This document shows, piece by piece, positions 27,500 through 42,049 of a DNA stretch of 64,000 bases. The stretch spans positions 1,302,001-1,366,000 of the forward strand of contig JAYWIR010000014.1 in assembly GCA_036172245.1 (NCBI GenBank), written 5' to 3'. A program made the position numbers and the translations under genes. The notes under the pieces are model-generated. The model searched no databases and was not told the DNA's origin. It saw nothing but the letters and a program-made list of their open reading frames with translations. The DNA is from Raillietiella orientalis. Its lineage: Eukaryota. Positions within the stretch are counted from its first letter, which is position 1. Every line of letters begins with the position of its first letter.

Positions 27500-27800
27500 A
27501 ATTTTTCAAGCAATTCAGGTGGCAACAAGGAAAAAAATCCTTCGGGATTGTAGGAGCAAAGCGAGCAGCTTTCACGCCCCTGAAGGATTTACGAGGGGAC
27601 AGGTATTCAGACAAGGCTCTCCATACTCTTCTCCCCTACCGAATCACATGCAGCTTCAGCAATGGACACATCTAAGCAAACGTAAGGAAAATTTAGGTTG
27701 TTACCTGAAACAAATGAAATGTCTTTCAAAAGTATGTAAGCAAAGCAACAGCACTTGGAACAGGCAGAGCTCAAGATGATGGTAAATATTATTCTCGCGG
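27500..27800 (+). mobile_element. LINE RT remnant
   Basis: FTRGQVFRQGSPYSSPL resembles RGVRQGCPLSPL. Confidence 0.45.
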
Positions 27801-30549
27801 AAAGTTTTCATCACCAGCCAGGGATAATTTCCATGTTATTGAGTTTTCAGCTAGAAAACCGCTAGAAATCAAACGACTTGGGGAGCAAACAATTGGTAAC
27901 CCTGCTCCACTTTTCTCAACTCATGAAGTTTCCGGCCTTTTAATTCCGTGCGCCCTGAAAAGTGAGCCAACTGAAATTGTTCAAAGCTGACCGAAGCCGT
28001 GGGAAGACCAACCTGAGATCGCATTTCTGGATGCAGTTACAATCTAGGGCAATTTGGATGCGAACAATAGGTCCGTGACTTTGGACAACGAAGGTTAGGT
28101 CTTTCAGAGGGTTTCCATGGGTTGACAAAATGTGGCGCTTCTCTGAGCGTGCGCGAGTCGAGCGCGCAGATGGAGAGGGGAACACACAAGGCGTGGTTCC
28201 TTCCTTGAATGGATCGATTTGGGAACGTTGTACAATGATGAGGTGTCTTCAAACGGAAAAGGGAAAACAGATTGCTCTCCAGGTATGGATTTGTTGCGTG
28301 TCCGCCGCTGCTGTGAATTTGATGCGCCGAGCTCAGTAGCACGGACTTTGAAGCAAATCTGCTCTTCGGCGGTCTTCCGAACAAACCAATTAACTTCAAC
28401 TGTAAGCTTCCTTCCCCTCCTCCCCATTCAATACATTAGATTTCGCTTTGTCCGAGCATTATTAAGAGCAGAGTCTTCATTAACAGTTTTTTATTGCACC
28501 ATTGTGGCTCATTTGCTTTGTCAATCGCACTATGCTCACTGCCTCTCCCCAATATTATGGGGGAACTTCCCTGCTCTGACCAGTTGCGAACAATGACACG
28601 TATCTGTGGTCTTCTCGCCGTGCACGAAGTATCTCGAAAGTTATCACGGGCATCACACAAAAAAAACGTGTCGTTAGAGCGTCACTGAAATCACCGATCT
28701 CACTGAGATTAAAAATTCAATTTGTTGCTAAGGAAAACTCTTCTTGCCACGACTATCATTTTTCTGTTGTTGCTGTTGTTGTGTGGCTGCAGCCATGGTA
28801 ATAACAGTTAAAATCCTTATTACTTATTTTTATTGATAAAAAAAATGAACGATAAAATGTTTGGTTTGGTTTTGCTTCGAAAAGCTGCATATCGCAGAAT
28901 TCTGGTCGACATGATGTGGAAGTTGAATGTTGCATGTTTGGCAACTAGAAGAACCTTTAAAATGCTTTGGCTCGCTTTTGCGAATTCGTGCTGATACTCA
29001 GAAAATGATGACGAGATGCTCAGCAGGCGACGAGTGACGTGATGATGAAAGAGATCAGTGTGGCAACTATCTCTATGATTCGGCTCTTATTGTGAGATGC
29101 TGGAGCTGTATGACCTCTTTCAGATTCCTAGTTTAGAAAAATACACGTAGGAGCTTCGATTTGCTCGTGGTCAGTATCCATGTCCGCAGGGATAGGGAAC
29201 GAACATCCCCATCAGGAAGAAGAGGTAGTTTCTCGTGCTTCCTGAAATTCGGTTCTTGGTAGCACAACGTGCTGCTCCTGAAGATCATGGTGCACCTGAG
29301 TGCTCGCGATACTTCAATCTTTTCAGCGATTCGAATTCCTGGAAACAGCTATCCCAGAGGAAGTCAACTGTATGCCTGCCAGCTGTTCCGTGGAAGACGG
29401 CGCATAAAATATAACTCTGAGAGGGATGTATGGCTCTTTTCAGGAAGTAATGAATTTAAGTCTCCCTGAGTACAACATGGCGTGTGGAGAGCAAAACAAA
29501 TGAAAGCACAGAAAGCTGATACGAGGGAACTTCGCAGAGCAATCAGGTATTCCCGAATTCCGAGTTGAGAATCTCGGTTACCCACCACTCAGTCCTCTTT
29601 CGGTGAAATCTGCTGGGATTTCCGTAACACAACAAGAAAAGGCGAGCACCAGGAGGGGTGAATCGAAGCACGATCGATGAAGGCGCAGAGAAGACTGGAA
29701 CTGGGCCGAAGAGTCAGTGTAAACTGTGAAAGCAGCTCTGGAATCGGTGACTGTCCCTTTGCCCACAGCTATTACAAGTGCACATGGTATTTGCTTTAGA
29801 TATTATCGTGCCTTTCTGGCGTCCCATTCACTGCGCTCGTCTGAATGCATTGCTATGAATTCCTGAAAATGATCCGAAACAGGAAAGCAGCAGCGAGAAG
29901 GTTGCTCGGAGAATGTCTCGATGCATTCAAGACACACCTTCAGAAGCATAAATGAATTAATGATGTAAGGAGATTGGAAAATATTGCTTTTGCTAACTTG
30001 CATTTTTCATCCCGTGGATGGGATCGGAGACATCAGAAAAACTCAGCATTGCATAATTCCGAGTTTAATAGCGTCATGTGACGTAGCAGGAGCTGACCAG
30101 AAAGCCTCGATTGCAAATGAATATTCAATTGCTCTTTTAAAGGGAAAGAAAGAGTCAAAGAGGAGGGCGTTTCTTTGATTCTCATTTTGTCCCTTTTATT
30201 TTTCCCATTCGATAATTTCTTGTTTCAGTTGTGTTAAATTTTACATTGAGATCTCAGACTCACATCATGTGTCGATAAACCAAGTAAAAACTAGAAGCTC
30301 TACTAGGCATTCTTTAGGGACTTTCTAAGAAAGCTCTTAATTGGGAAATAACTTTAAAAGGCCATTTCGCTGTCACATCCCATTAATAAAAGTCAGCGTG
30401 AAGTAGTAAGTGCTCTTTGACATGAAGTCTCTTACACTTGTAAACAGTTCTGAACAGCATGTGTAGGTGTCCTCAGGAAAAATGCTTCCATTCAATCAAA
30501 CGGATCTATTTAGGCTTTGGGGACCTTAGATAAGGCTACCTATCACTGA

Positions 30550-31000
30550 ATGTGATTTTCGGTAGCCTTAAGATCTATCTACCCTCCTTGAACTACCTTG
30601 CAAGAAAGGGAGGCGGTTTTTCTGGAAAAACAAAGGGAACTTTTCGCAAAAACAGGTTTGTGAGCTTGGATTACAGTACATCACAATCATCAGAATATTA
30701 CCGTAAAGGATATTACAAACGCAGATTGTACCCACGATTACAACAACAAAACTGATTTTCGGTGGATCCTTTAATGGCTCGTCGTAGTCAATCACCCAAA
30801 TCACACGAGATTCAAAGTAAGGACAAGACAGTTTCCAGAGTTATTTTTATTCATGGGTGCTGGAGCAGTGGAAGAGCAGTAAACATCCTAAGAAATAGAT
30901 GGAAAGCAATTTCCATCTCTTTCGGAAAAATGTTTAGCCACGCTTACGTGATTTTGCTCCCGTGCTAAAACGTGTGTTGAACCTATGGGTAATGGCGGCT
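30550..31000 (+). mobile_element. Possible RTE-like RT remnant
   Basis: KNRFVSLDYSTSQSSEYYRKGYYKRRL...IFIHGCWSSGRAV weakly follows the NYRxISLL...RL...FxDxxKAFDxV layout. Confidence 0.3.
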
Positions 31001-34000
31001 GTCGTTTTTTGGAGCTGAAATCTCAGAAAATAAGTACGAGCTTTCGGCTGTTCTTGTGAACGAGAAGAAAATGGTTGGCGGCCAGATCCTATCGCCATGG
31101 AGACTCATGATGACCTCAAAGGAAGTTCCTAATGCAGTCAGAAAATCAGCGAACGAATGTTTTTTGTATTTCGAATGTTTATGAGGTTTCTTAAGATATG
31201 CTTCATTGAGCGAAGTTGCAGCTCATTTTTTTGCAACACTTTTACGGTGGTTGTCCATCTTTCCGTGTTTAGTCTCATAAGCATCCTCGCTACAAATTCT
31301 TCAGAATACAAAAGAATGAAATGAATGCTGGAGAAACTTATGCTGGAGAAAAAAAGGAAAGCATCCCAGATGAGCTTTAAGCTCATAGAAGGTAGCATAG
31401 AATGCATGAGGCACTAAAGACAATGTAAGTTTATTTAAATGCGATAGCCGAAATAAATCGCTCCAGATCACTTTTACCTACATGGAAGATGAAATCGAAA
31501 CAACTGTGTCCAAAAATAGGATTCAAGAAGAGCAAGATCATACGACCGGCCATTTCGTACAGGTGCTTGATGGGCTGGTTAAAATCAGTGACGTTTACAT
31601 TTAAGTATTACTCCTTGAAAAATCGAAGGCACTTCAAAATCGAATCCTTGTGCTTTTGGTTTGTTTCCTGCTTCCTTGAAAGCATCCTTCTTTTTTTTTT
31701 TCTGGAATATAAGTAGCACAGTCAACGGATCTGTTGATTATCTGCTAAATAGTAAACATGAAAACTCGTGAAACAAGAAATTATCACAGTTTCCAAGTAA
31801 AGCTGAGATGATTATAACCTTTGCTGAAAGACGAATATGGGATTCAGTATGTGTTTCTCTAAAGAAGCCTAATTTCGAAGAGTAGTCGCCGTAAAAAATT
31901 ACAAGTATGATTTCTTGCATCAGTCGGTTAGCATTCACGTCGTGCATTCCCACACTCATCTCGTTCTAGCCGCGGATGGATGAAGTGTATTGAGAAATGT
32001 ATCGTGTAAGCATGATCTTCGCGGACTCTATAAGTTCCAACACACAGAAAGAGACATTCAGATCATTCACCTTCTTAACTGAAAAAGAATTTCTTCATCA
32101 GCCAGCATGATTTATTCGGTTTTTCACACTTTCGGCTTTACGTCATGCTTTTCAAGGAGAAGCTTTGTCTCTTCAAGTAGCATCTACATGGAGACAGAAC
32201 ATCTCTGGAAACCGATGATTCTACCTTGATTTACTTTCATTGTTCTCATGAAGATGACCTTTATAGATATCCATTCTTTTCTAACAATTTGCTTAACCCT
32301 GTAATCTAAATCCTTGCAAGTTTGCATTGATTGATTCAGCTGTCAAACTGCAATTGAGAAGCGTGTTCGGCACTGATTGCGACATCTCAAAAACAGTACG
32401 CGAGCAGCGGACTTTCCAGTGTTTCAGAATATGTCTCGGTAGTAGCTGATGGCGAAGATGCCATCAGGAATTTATCACTAGGCTGATTCACGTAACAGCA
32501 CATGTGCGCCAAAAGTCCAAGAGTTCATACAAGTTCATACAGGTTCTAAAGCAGGGAAAGTTTTGTAATGAGTTTAGAATGCTGACACGTTGGTTCTGCA
32601 ACATTAAAATTGAGAGAGTATGCTTTAAACAGATGGATTACTATTAAAAAGTCTTAGTAAGATGCGTACAAAGCACAACTCTGGTACTGACATGAGGTTT
32701 CTTGCTTCTTGATTTAATTCATCAATCCCATGATTTCACCGATCCAAGAAAGCCATGCTAAATATGGGCAAAATTCATATGTCACGGGAAGTAAAAAGTA
32801 AAGAAATTGCTGCTTTTTTTGGTGACAGAGTTGGCATCTTCGGTTCTTTATTTCATGCCTTCGGTGACTTACTAAGAACCAAATCCTTAGGGTCCAATGC
32901 TTAGGGCTTGTCTTTCCCCGTTATGCCTCATCATCTATGGGTTGTTATATAAGAAAAGTGAAGCTCTTCAAGAATAGAAGCATTTGTTGTTTCTTACGTC
33001 GCGAATCTCACATTCAGACAGACATTTACTTCGGAATTGTATGGCTTCATGTACAGCAACTTGTACGATTCCATACAATCCATCTAAATTCCAGTAACAG
33101 CTTTAACACATCTCTTAATGATCAGTTTATATCCTCTGCCTTTATTGTTCAGGCAACCAATATGTCACTAATTACTGACAATCCTAGACTAGAATTTTCA
33201 TTCCCTTTTCTTTTGTGAAGTAGCAGATCTTTCCCTAAGGAGTGGAATGTTGCCAGAGTAAAAATAAGACACCATATCTGAGGATATAAGGGGGAAAATA
33301 CTGATGAAAACGTAGCAGTCAGCAAGTCGGAGCACTGAGACAGTGAGAATTCTTGCATGCCTTTCTTTGAGCACCTTCCATAGAAAATTCTTCGCTACAC
33401 ATCGTCTTTTGTACGTGTGTTCCGTATAAAATGAAAACGGCTCGCTCTTGGTTTTGTTTCTCCGCACGGACTCAGACTCATCTTGAGAGGTCAGTGATTG
33501 AACAGTAACGTCTCCTTACTTTTGCATATGGGTGCATCGCGTGTGCACTGCCCAAACGCGCAGCCTCCCATTTGCCATTTCCCAGATAATAAACAGATAT
33601 TTATCAGGTGATATATGATACGCTCACTCAAGAGTCGAGACGTCTATGCACTCAGTTTGATTCATGAATCTGTCAATATTTCACTCGTACTTGCCCAATT
33701 ATCTCTTCCCTTTCTTAGCGCTCACTTTCTTGAGCAAATATTCTTCTGAATCTCATCATAAAACGATATGTTGTGCTCTGTTTGGTTTCGTTTTCAATTG
33801 TTCTCTCAGAGAAGAGAACTCTAATCTGCTCGGTTGGAAAAGCCATTTTCCTTGGAACTTTCGGACAAAATGCAATCCTGTGAGGATAAGGAGAAAAATC
33901 AAACTTGTATCATCGTGAAGTGATTGGCTACTCGTTCACCCACCTTCAAATAAAAACTGCCGTTTCCTATTTCCTTGTAATGTTTCAGGAAGCGATCGCT

Positions 34001-35149
34001 CCAAATCTTCAACTCGAATATGGCCGAACCGAAGTTTATCCAGTTTCCTGTGTGACAAGAAAGTAGGAGTTTAAGGCACTAGGTGAAGGCTCTGAGAGAG
34101 GGAATCGCCTGAAAGCTCTTGGAATACGAAAATCTACAGAACATCCATACCGCCTCACGTGGTGGCACAAAAAGAGTTCACTACCGTCTTCTACAAAGCT
34201 GAGCTTTCTAATTTAAGTTCTTCTGATTCCATGAATAATAAACAGCCGAAACACGCAATTCAGGGAAACGAATAACTGAATTTCTCTGTTGAAATCAACG
34301 AATCAACAAATCAAAAGTATCTTCCAGTATACTTTTACAATGTTTCGTGCTTTTGCAGGGTGAGAAGACCCTTGGTTGTTTGAGAGAGATCTCGTTATCC
34401 TTCGGCAATGAACAAGCACATCCACTCTTTCGTTTAGGCAACATATAAAAGACACCGTGCTTGGTGGTTTCCTCCATTCATCTGCTGACTCTGATGACTT
34501 TTCACAAAGCAAGGAGTCCTATCATTGCTTTCGGCAGCCATTCTTTTTAGATTTGCGTTTTGAAAACATTTAAGATGCGAGCTACAAAGTCATCGTCCTT
34601 TTGAAATTTAGTTATTTATTTACGTGTGTGATGTGTGTGAGAATTGCGCAAAACCATGCAAAGGTCAGTCGATCCATCTTAAACGAGTGGATGAAAATCA
34701 ATTCTTAAGAAAACAGATTCGTAGGAAACGTGAGAATCTCCCGTTCATTTGCCAAGAATTCTCCCAATGGGCTTATTTTTATTGTATCCATCACTCCTCG
34801 GTGCGCACTTGCACTGGGAGGTGCAGATGCTCGAACCGAGAAACAGTCCACAGTCTGGAAGCCATTTTTGTACACAGAATGGTTTTTCAGATCGTGAATC
34901 TGCTCCTGCTACCTGCAGCAATCATTTCCTGCAATTATTACGAGCTGGTTCCTCGTGAAAAATCGGTCCTTGTCCTCATTTGGTAATCTGGCAAAGCCTT
35001 TTGGCACTGAATCCACGGTATCCCGAGAAAAAACGAAAATCATCTGCCCATAGCAAACCTGGCAGGAAAATTCCTCTACTCAAGATCTGCCTTCGGATGC
35101 TGAGCTGTTCCGAGGTTTATTCTCTGAACAGAGGTGTTTCCACACACAA

Positions 35150-35730
35150 AGTGCTAAAGCGGTACTCGGAAAGCCTGACTGATGTCATCAGCTCTCCGCC
35201 GCTCGAGTGATAAGGGATGCAATTCATCTCGACACGAGCATCCTGCTCGAACAAGTTCAGGCAACCAATTGCAGAACGCTCCCAAACAAAGGACTTCCAA
35301 GCTGATGAATTTGTGGCTTTTTTTCCTCAGTCTCCAGGCGGGGAACCATTTGGAACATCGCTTCGGGAGCTGCACATTCACGTAATCCAGAATCCTTTGC
35401 TCCCACCAGGAGTCGTTATTTCCAGTGACCTTTCCGCGGATCGGAAACGACCATTTCGTTTGTTTTCTCCTGTTGAGGGCGAAGAGTTCAGTTAGCTGCG
35501 CGATGTCCTCGGTATCAGGCGAATGGGGCTTCAGACGAGTTTCCGAGGAGGATCCCGAGCTCTGTATTCTTCCGGCGCGCTGCTGCCACCTTTGGAGGAC
35601 TAAACCTGCGCACGGGCGCCGAAGTGCGTCCTCGAAGCACTGCCTATTTTTGGAACCGAGGGGAATCTCGGGTCTCCTCTGGTGAGCGAATCTCACAGGT
35701 ATTGCAGAAAGCCCTGCCAGAATGCACAAA
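35150..35730 (-). mobile_element. L1/Tx1-like RT C-terminal remnant
   Basis: DTEDIAQLTELF...NNDSWWEQRILDYV...KWFPAWRLRKK resembles ...ENWEERIxKxxxxLxxWxxRxLSLRGK. Confidence 0.45.
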
Positions 35731-36199
35731 TCTCACCGCAATGGCTGCAGACAGCGTGGGGGAGGGGGAAAAAGGAGGGGGGGGGGAGAAAGCAGCTCCA
35801 GGATTTAAAATAAGAACAGCGGAGCAGCGAGAGACTCGCGTTCGTCTTCCTCGCCGCGCGTCCGCAAGCGCGCGACATTTTGCTGCGAAGGGATGCAGGG
35901 TGTTCACCTACTCCGGAGGACGGAAGGAGTCCCTGCCCCGTCACACCGCCAAGCGAACCTCCCGCGAGCACGCTTGCTTGGAAGTGACCAATGCCCCCAC
36001 GGCGGTCGCTCGCGGGAAACTGAAAGAGGGAGAGATGCAACTGGGAAGCGAGGAATCCTTCAGCATCCATGCCTTTGTCCGAGGGCTTTTAAAACACTTA
36101 ATGCCTCCTTATTTCCTGCCGTAAGCTTTCGCTTCCTGTTCCTGCTAATGAAAGGTTCCAATCGCTTGGAGAGGGCAATAAATTTCCGCTCGTTATCAC

Positions 36200-36600
36200 G
36201 TGACTGCTAACGAAAACCGTCTGATTTTCTTAAGGGACTGCGACTCGGCACTGGACCATTGTGCGCAGTCGAAAGACCGCTTCCACCTTTCCCATGGTAA
36301 AAACCCACGAGCAAGCAGGAGGAGAACCTCCGCGAAGGAAATTGGCAGGGCTCTCTCCTCCACGGCCGGCCCACCTTTCCTTTCGCCGAGGGTCCCCTGG
36401 AACGAATGCTCGGCTCGAATCCGTGAGTTCTCCCAGGGAAACAAAGAAATGCTCGGGAGAGCAGATCACCTGAGGTCACATTCAACGGTCAGGCTTTTTT
36501 CCGGTCGGTGGCGGCCGTCACGACAGTGCCTATCACGATTAGGGATCACGAGTATCCGGTTCCTACCTGCGAACCCTTCCCCGATTTCCATGTTTAATTC
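36200..36600 (+). mobile_element. L1/Tx1-like RT remnant
   Basis: ENRLIFLRD (DNxxLLRD-like) ... HSTVRLFSGR (SxVxVNG-like). Confidence 0.4.
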
Positions 36601-38249
36601 AATATCCGCTTAGATCGGGAAGATCCTGTTCCGGAGGCAGAGCGCACGCCCCTCCCCCCCCCCCTTCTCCCTCCCTTCACCTTCCCTTCCTCTCCCTTCC
36701 CTTCCGTCCAGCTTGGATTTCAGCCTCCCCAACTCCCTCCGCCTAGCGCCCATCTGCGCCGTGAAGTGCGGGGAGCCTTCGTACAGGTGCACACCAGTTC
36801 CCCTCTCCTTCCCTCCCTCCTGTTTTCCAGATCGATGGACTCCTTTCGAGGGAGAACGGGGTTTCTGAAGACGGCCTCCCCTTTTCCGGCCGCGCTCCCC
36901 AACTTCTGGAAATCCTCTAGTCCTGCAGATCCCGGATTTTCAAGCAGCGGAAATCCAGGATGCACAACACAGATGCCCCCCCTTTTTTTTCCCCTGGACG
37001 GGGTGTTTCTCTCCCCTGCACGTGTTCGGAATCCGGCACCCAGAGAAACTTTTCCTCCAGGCGTCTCTTGACTCCCTCCCGTCTGGAGCAGGGCGGGAGA
37101 TTTCTCCCCCTCCCATCCCACGCTCACGTGCGGTCATTTGACAGCCGCAGAGAGAGGGGAGCACAAGGGGGCAAAAGAAATCCGAATGCCACCAAAACAA
37201 CTCCCTCTTTGCTGGAAATAGGGGGCAGAGGGAGAGAGACAAGGGAAAGTGGAGTCCCCGTTTCAGCATGGAGGTTTCGCCTGCTCTTTCAATTGAAACG
37301 ATCGCATCCTGGGTCCAGCCTCATGGGGAGTTCTAGGGCGAGTGGCTTCGTAAACGGTTGCAGTGGGGACTCGATGAGAGTTTGGGCGTTTCGAAGTATA
37401 GGATTTTCTGCGGGATTTCGAGGCACCTTGGGACCGGGTGGTCCTCCACAGTACTGCGGGGTGCTCCTCGAGTCGGTTCCAGAAGCTATGCAGGGATTGA
37501 GGTCACGTGGAACAGCTGAGTCGGGCATTCTCTTCTTGCAGGGGAACGAATGGCGATTTCCACACCTTCCTCGGCCCTTGAAGGATGTAACGAAGAGTCA
37601 AGCCGAACGCGCTGGTCGTTTTCCAAATGGTCAGGTTTTCGTGAACTGTCCTTTTTCTGTGTCTTCGTGATCCCAAGGAGGATTCACCGACCTCCGGCTC
37701 ACGTGCGCCTCCATGGCTTCCTCCGCTCCCCTCATTCACCATGGCCGCTCATTAACGTGAAAAACCTCCTTGAAATCGGACGCCCCCTCTTTCCAGGCAT
37801 CGCAACCACCCGCCGCCGCCACACGCTGCTTCGACACCGCGCATGTTTCCCTCATCTCGCAGAGGAAAGCACGCTCCTGGCTCCTTTTTTTTTTTTTTGT
37901 AATCGGCTTTTTCGAGAATGATCCATCCAGTCTTCCACTTACTCCGTGAGCTGAACCGTAACCACATTGTTTCTTTCATCTCCTCACCCTGTGCCGCTCC
38001 GCAGCCTCCTTTCTTTCACCCAGTTTCCCGAAAACGCATGACGGATACATGCATACTTGCATCTGAAACAGTGTTTAATGATCCGACTGCAGTCATCACT
38101 TTCTCTCGGGAACGTTCTCATGATTATAGGGTTCCTCGTCCCTTCCGATATTCCAATATTCGAGCGGTATTTGCGTTGCCAACGAAGACGAGACTCGAGA
38201 TTTTTCCCATCGTCTCCTCGAGCTTCCCTTCCTGAGGAGTGCTCGCCTC

Positions 38250-39620
38250 TCGGATGGGATTTTCGCAGTCCGTGAGAAGCGGGCGAATCGATTTCCTCCC
38301 GTCCGCCGCTATGGACGAGAGACCAAACTCTGCGAAGACCAGCGGAGTGGCTTCGTTTGGTCTCCTGTTCTCCGCAACAGTCCGTGCTGCCATCAGGCAG
38401 GCTGGAAGTGACCGCCGGCTTAGGTTGCTCCTGACAGCTGCTGAAGATGAAACATTGGATTTCCAAGCAGCTCGTCCGCCCAGCACAGACTCCCAGAGCA
38501 CAAAGGAGCAGGAAGACTTCAGCTCTGTTCAGTCAGAATGGGGAGCCAGCGCTGATAGAGGACGACGGTGGGAAGACACAGATCCCCATGTTGAGCACTT
38601 TGAGAGCACGGATCCCCATGTTGCGCCGTAGATTGCTTGGTTTCAGTTCTTTTTCCCCTTCCGCCTGCAGCAGAGTTGCATTGGCAATCTTCGGAAACTG
38701 CTCGGTATACCTCTGGCTTCTTCGGAGGGACGCGGCGACCTTTCCAGGTATGCAGCGCTTCTCGCCGAGAATTCTGCTCCTGACCTTCTCTCTGTTCTGC
38801 TCCCGCCTGCTCTTCTGCACGATTCCGTCCTTTAGTCTCGGCAGAAGCGTGCGAGTCACCTGTCGTCGGCTGGGAAACAACGGTCTCCACGGTCTCCAAA
38901 GAAACCAAGGGTCTCCAAAGTCTAGGAGCGATAGTCCAACAGCCAAGAGACGACTGTTCCCGGAGGAAAAGACGCTGAATGGCAACTTTGGTTTCGTTTC
39001 CCGGTGCGCTGCTGAGCGCGCAACACTTCACTCTCGATGCTGTCCAGCAGCCAGCCTGAGTCTTCGCTGCCAGCATCGCACCGTAAAGAAGTGTACCCAT
39101 GATGAATTTTCTCGAAAGTGACCTGGGAACGAAGATTACTCCACAAAAGTGTGAATTCGGTGCCAGGGGCTAATGGTCGCAGGTACGCCGGGTCCAGATG
39201 AGCTATGCCTCGAAGGTTGATCCCGGGAGCTTTCTTGATTTTGTGCTGTGTTCTATCACGTGTGAAATCCCTGCAATAATTTCTTTATCTTGTTTTAATC
39301 GCAAAACCCTTTCTGGTAGCCATCATGGAACGGACACTTTATTGCACGCAAGATCGCGATTCTTGCGCATCGAGATTGATGCAAGAATCACTTTTCAAGA
39401 GGAGTGGAAGCAGAAACAGCTTCGGAGAGCATTTCTTTTGCTTCGCAGCAGAACTGATTGCGGAAGCGATTTCCTTGCCGCAGATATCCGAGTTAATTGA
39501 GATTAGTCAAAGAATCCTTCCGAGGATTTGGAATGGAACTCTCCAAAAAGTTGATCTGTGCATGCCATTTGAGATGGATGCCACAGAAACCACTACAAGA
39601 CTATTGTGACCTACTCGCTC
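38250..39620 (+). mobile_element. L1/Tx1-like EN-to-RT remnant
   Basis: TSGVASFGLLFS...SDRRLRLL...EQEDF (APE; SxGVAILF...DxxGRxL...ERxxF), SITCEIPAII...KTLSG (PITxxEI...KSPG), and ISQRILPRIWNGTLQKV. Confidence 0.55.
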
Positions 39621-41499
39621 TGAGTTGATGACATTCAGATACTCACTCTTTGCAACCAACATGCGCTTTACGCACATGAAAGGGGTCGATTCACTTGCCT
39701 AAGATGTGCGGCAGCTTTCGATTTTTCCGATCACGAAGATCAAATAGCGAAATTGTGCGAGTGTCCCCGGTCATGAACCCCTTATCAGTAACCCTTCCTT
39801 TTAGCAAACAAGGTCACCGGAAACATTTCCTTTTTGATTTGTGTATGTGTGTGTTTTTGCAGTTGTGGACGCGCTTGCGGGATTTTTTTTTTTTCTTCTG
39901 TTTGCAGGTCGCTTTCTTTGCTCCCATCAGCAAGCATAGCCTGTGGTCAAATAAAAACTCGGAGCACTGCCCAAAGGAAAGAGTCCTTCGCGAGCAAACG
40001 TACGTTTCTTTCAAAACAAATCTGCAGGAGGTGCTTTCCAGACTGATGCTAACGGACCGCGATGTGCACGCATAAATAACTGTGGAGCTGTTAAAGAGAA
40101 AGCCCATCAGCATGTATCAGCACCTGTCTCACAGATTAACAGGTGTCGTACCTATCATACAGTCTCAGAGATGGAAGAATGTATCGGTGGGCTGTAAGAA
40201 GGGGCAGTTTCATTCCTAACTAACCATGTTGTCCTTCGAGTTTCAAAGTGGAGGAATTTTGCATAGCATCTATGCAGTGTAACGTTACAGTCCGGGATTG
40301 CATTCAGTGGCAGTGCGCAAGGTCAGTTGCTGAACTTTATGGAGGCAAGTAATCAGCAGCAGTCAGTTCCATTTCCCATTTGCAACAATGAGGGAAACAG
40401 TTGCGTTGTCGGGAACCGGGACAGCCTCAGCTGCAGTGAGATCGTATGCCCGATACCAAGCAGCATCGTTTTTTTTTTTGGATGGGGGGTGTGTGTGTGC
40501 GAGAGATGGAAGCTGCTTTTTCGGAAACATTTTCAGCACTCCTGCTCTCCAATTTTTAGTTCTGTTATTTATTCTGTTTACACTCATACCTAAAACAGGG
40601 AACATACTTTACTAACTCTTCAGAAATCTACCCATTTTCTTTTTCCATTCACTTCTACGTGCCATTCTTCTTTCCGAGTCAGTGGTCCTTGCTGCGAGAC
40701 TCCAGGAATTTGGCACTTTATTGCCTTTCGTGATCGCAGCTGATTTCTGTGATGGAAACATTTTAAAGCGCTGAATTTGCCTGGATGGGTGCCTGTTTAC
40801 GCATAGATGTTCAGCTGATGCACCTACTTGTGAAAGGGCCATTAAGCTTTACCTCCCAGAGAATTTTCACTGTAAAAATCAGCCCCTTTCTGGACCGCAA
40901 GACATGACCAGTAAATCAAGTAAGCTCCTTCAGTTGAATGTGGCTCGCAAACAGCTTTGTGGAGCCAAGTTTCCATCCATCCTTAACTTCGCGTTTCGTG
41001 TGTGTGCATGAGTTAAACACTGCTGCATGTTGCGTCTTCGTCTCTCATCCTCAACAAGCGAAGCGGAACACTTGGATTTCTTACCAAGCAAGGGGATGTG
41101 CTCAGTTGCGAAGGATACCTCTGGATTAGCTGTGTGTCCCGTTTCTGTGTATGAAATTATAAACATGACCTAACATGCACACACATGCATCTAGGCTCAC
41201 TCTTACGCTTCAAAGGCATTGAAAAGGAACCCCAGGGAGTCATCTGTGAGAGTGAGTAGACTGTCATCTCGAGATTGTCAGTATGCTTAATGAAGTAATG
41301 GAAAGCATTAGACGATATCATTCTTAACCTTGTAATCATTGGATTTAGAGAGCGAACCTCGATGATTAATCACGGGTATGTAGAACAAGAAAGAGAATAA
41401 GCATGTTGATGAGCACGTGTGCACGAGATATCCAATAAACATGGGATGCTGCAGTCGTCCGCAGAATTTTCATTAATTCACGAAAACGCCTTAAAAAGA

Positions 41500-41800
41500 C
41501 ACAGCGCAAAGGCACAATTAGTAATTGAATATTGCCTGAACTATCACCGAAATGGAGGAGATGAAAAAATTCTTGAAGGCGAAGGGCGGAAAAAAGTTCA
41601 TATGCTCATCCAGAACCGACCAAACGTACAGAAAGGATGGACGAGGTGAGGCTGAAGCTTCCTGGAACGTTATGGATTGTAATTTAAGACTTGGATGTCA
41701 AAGAAGGTGCATTCGTTACAGGAGTTTTTATTTGCAAGACGCCGAGCAAGTTGGCGAATAAGCCAACCAAACACTCGATACACGGGAGAAATTCAAACTG
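41500..41800 (+). mobile_element. LTR retrotransposon integrase remnant (Gypsy-like)
   Basis: EEMKKFLKAKGGKKFICSSRTDQTYRKDGRGEA resembles EFxxFLxxxGIxHxxSSPYHPxxNGxAER. Confidence 0.45.
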
Positions 41801-42049
41801 GGAACTTCAAGAAAAACAACTGATTGGGCAGAGCCTTATCGAATTGGGTAACTCGGATGGGTTCTGTGCGCTACATCCGTGCCACAAAGTCTACACGGCG
41901 TCCTAGTCAGGTCGAAACGTAACACAAAGGAATGCCGTTTAACAGCCAGGCCCAACAGGCACACGTCATTCAGCGCTGGGCTGTGAAATCTCACAAGCCT
42001 TCTGTGCAGCTGCATTCTTCGTTATTCCCAGAATACCGAAGAGTGCGAA

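Noticed and set aside
38577..38624. Direct repeat acagatccccatgttg / acggatccccatgttg
   Set aside because: Only two copies, inside a LINE relic; an ordinary micro-duplication, not an array.
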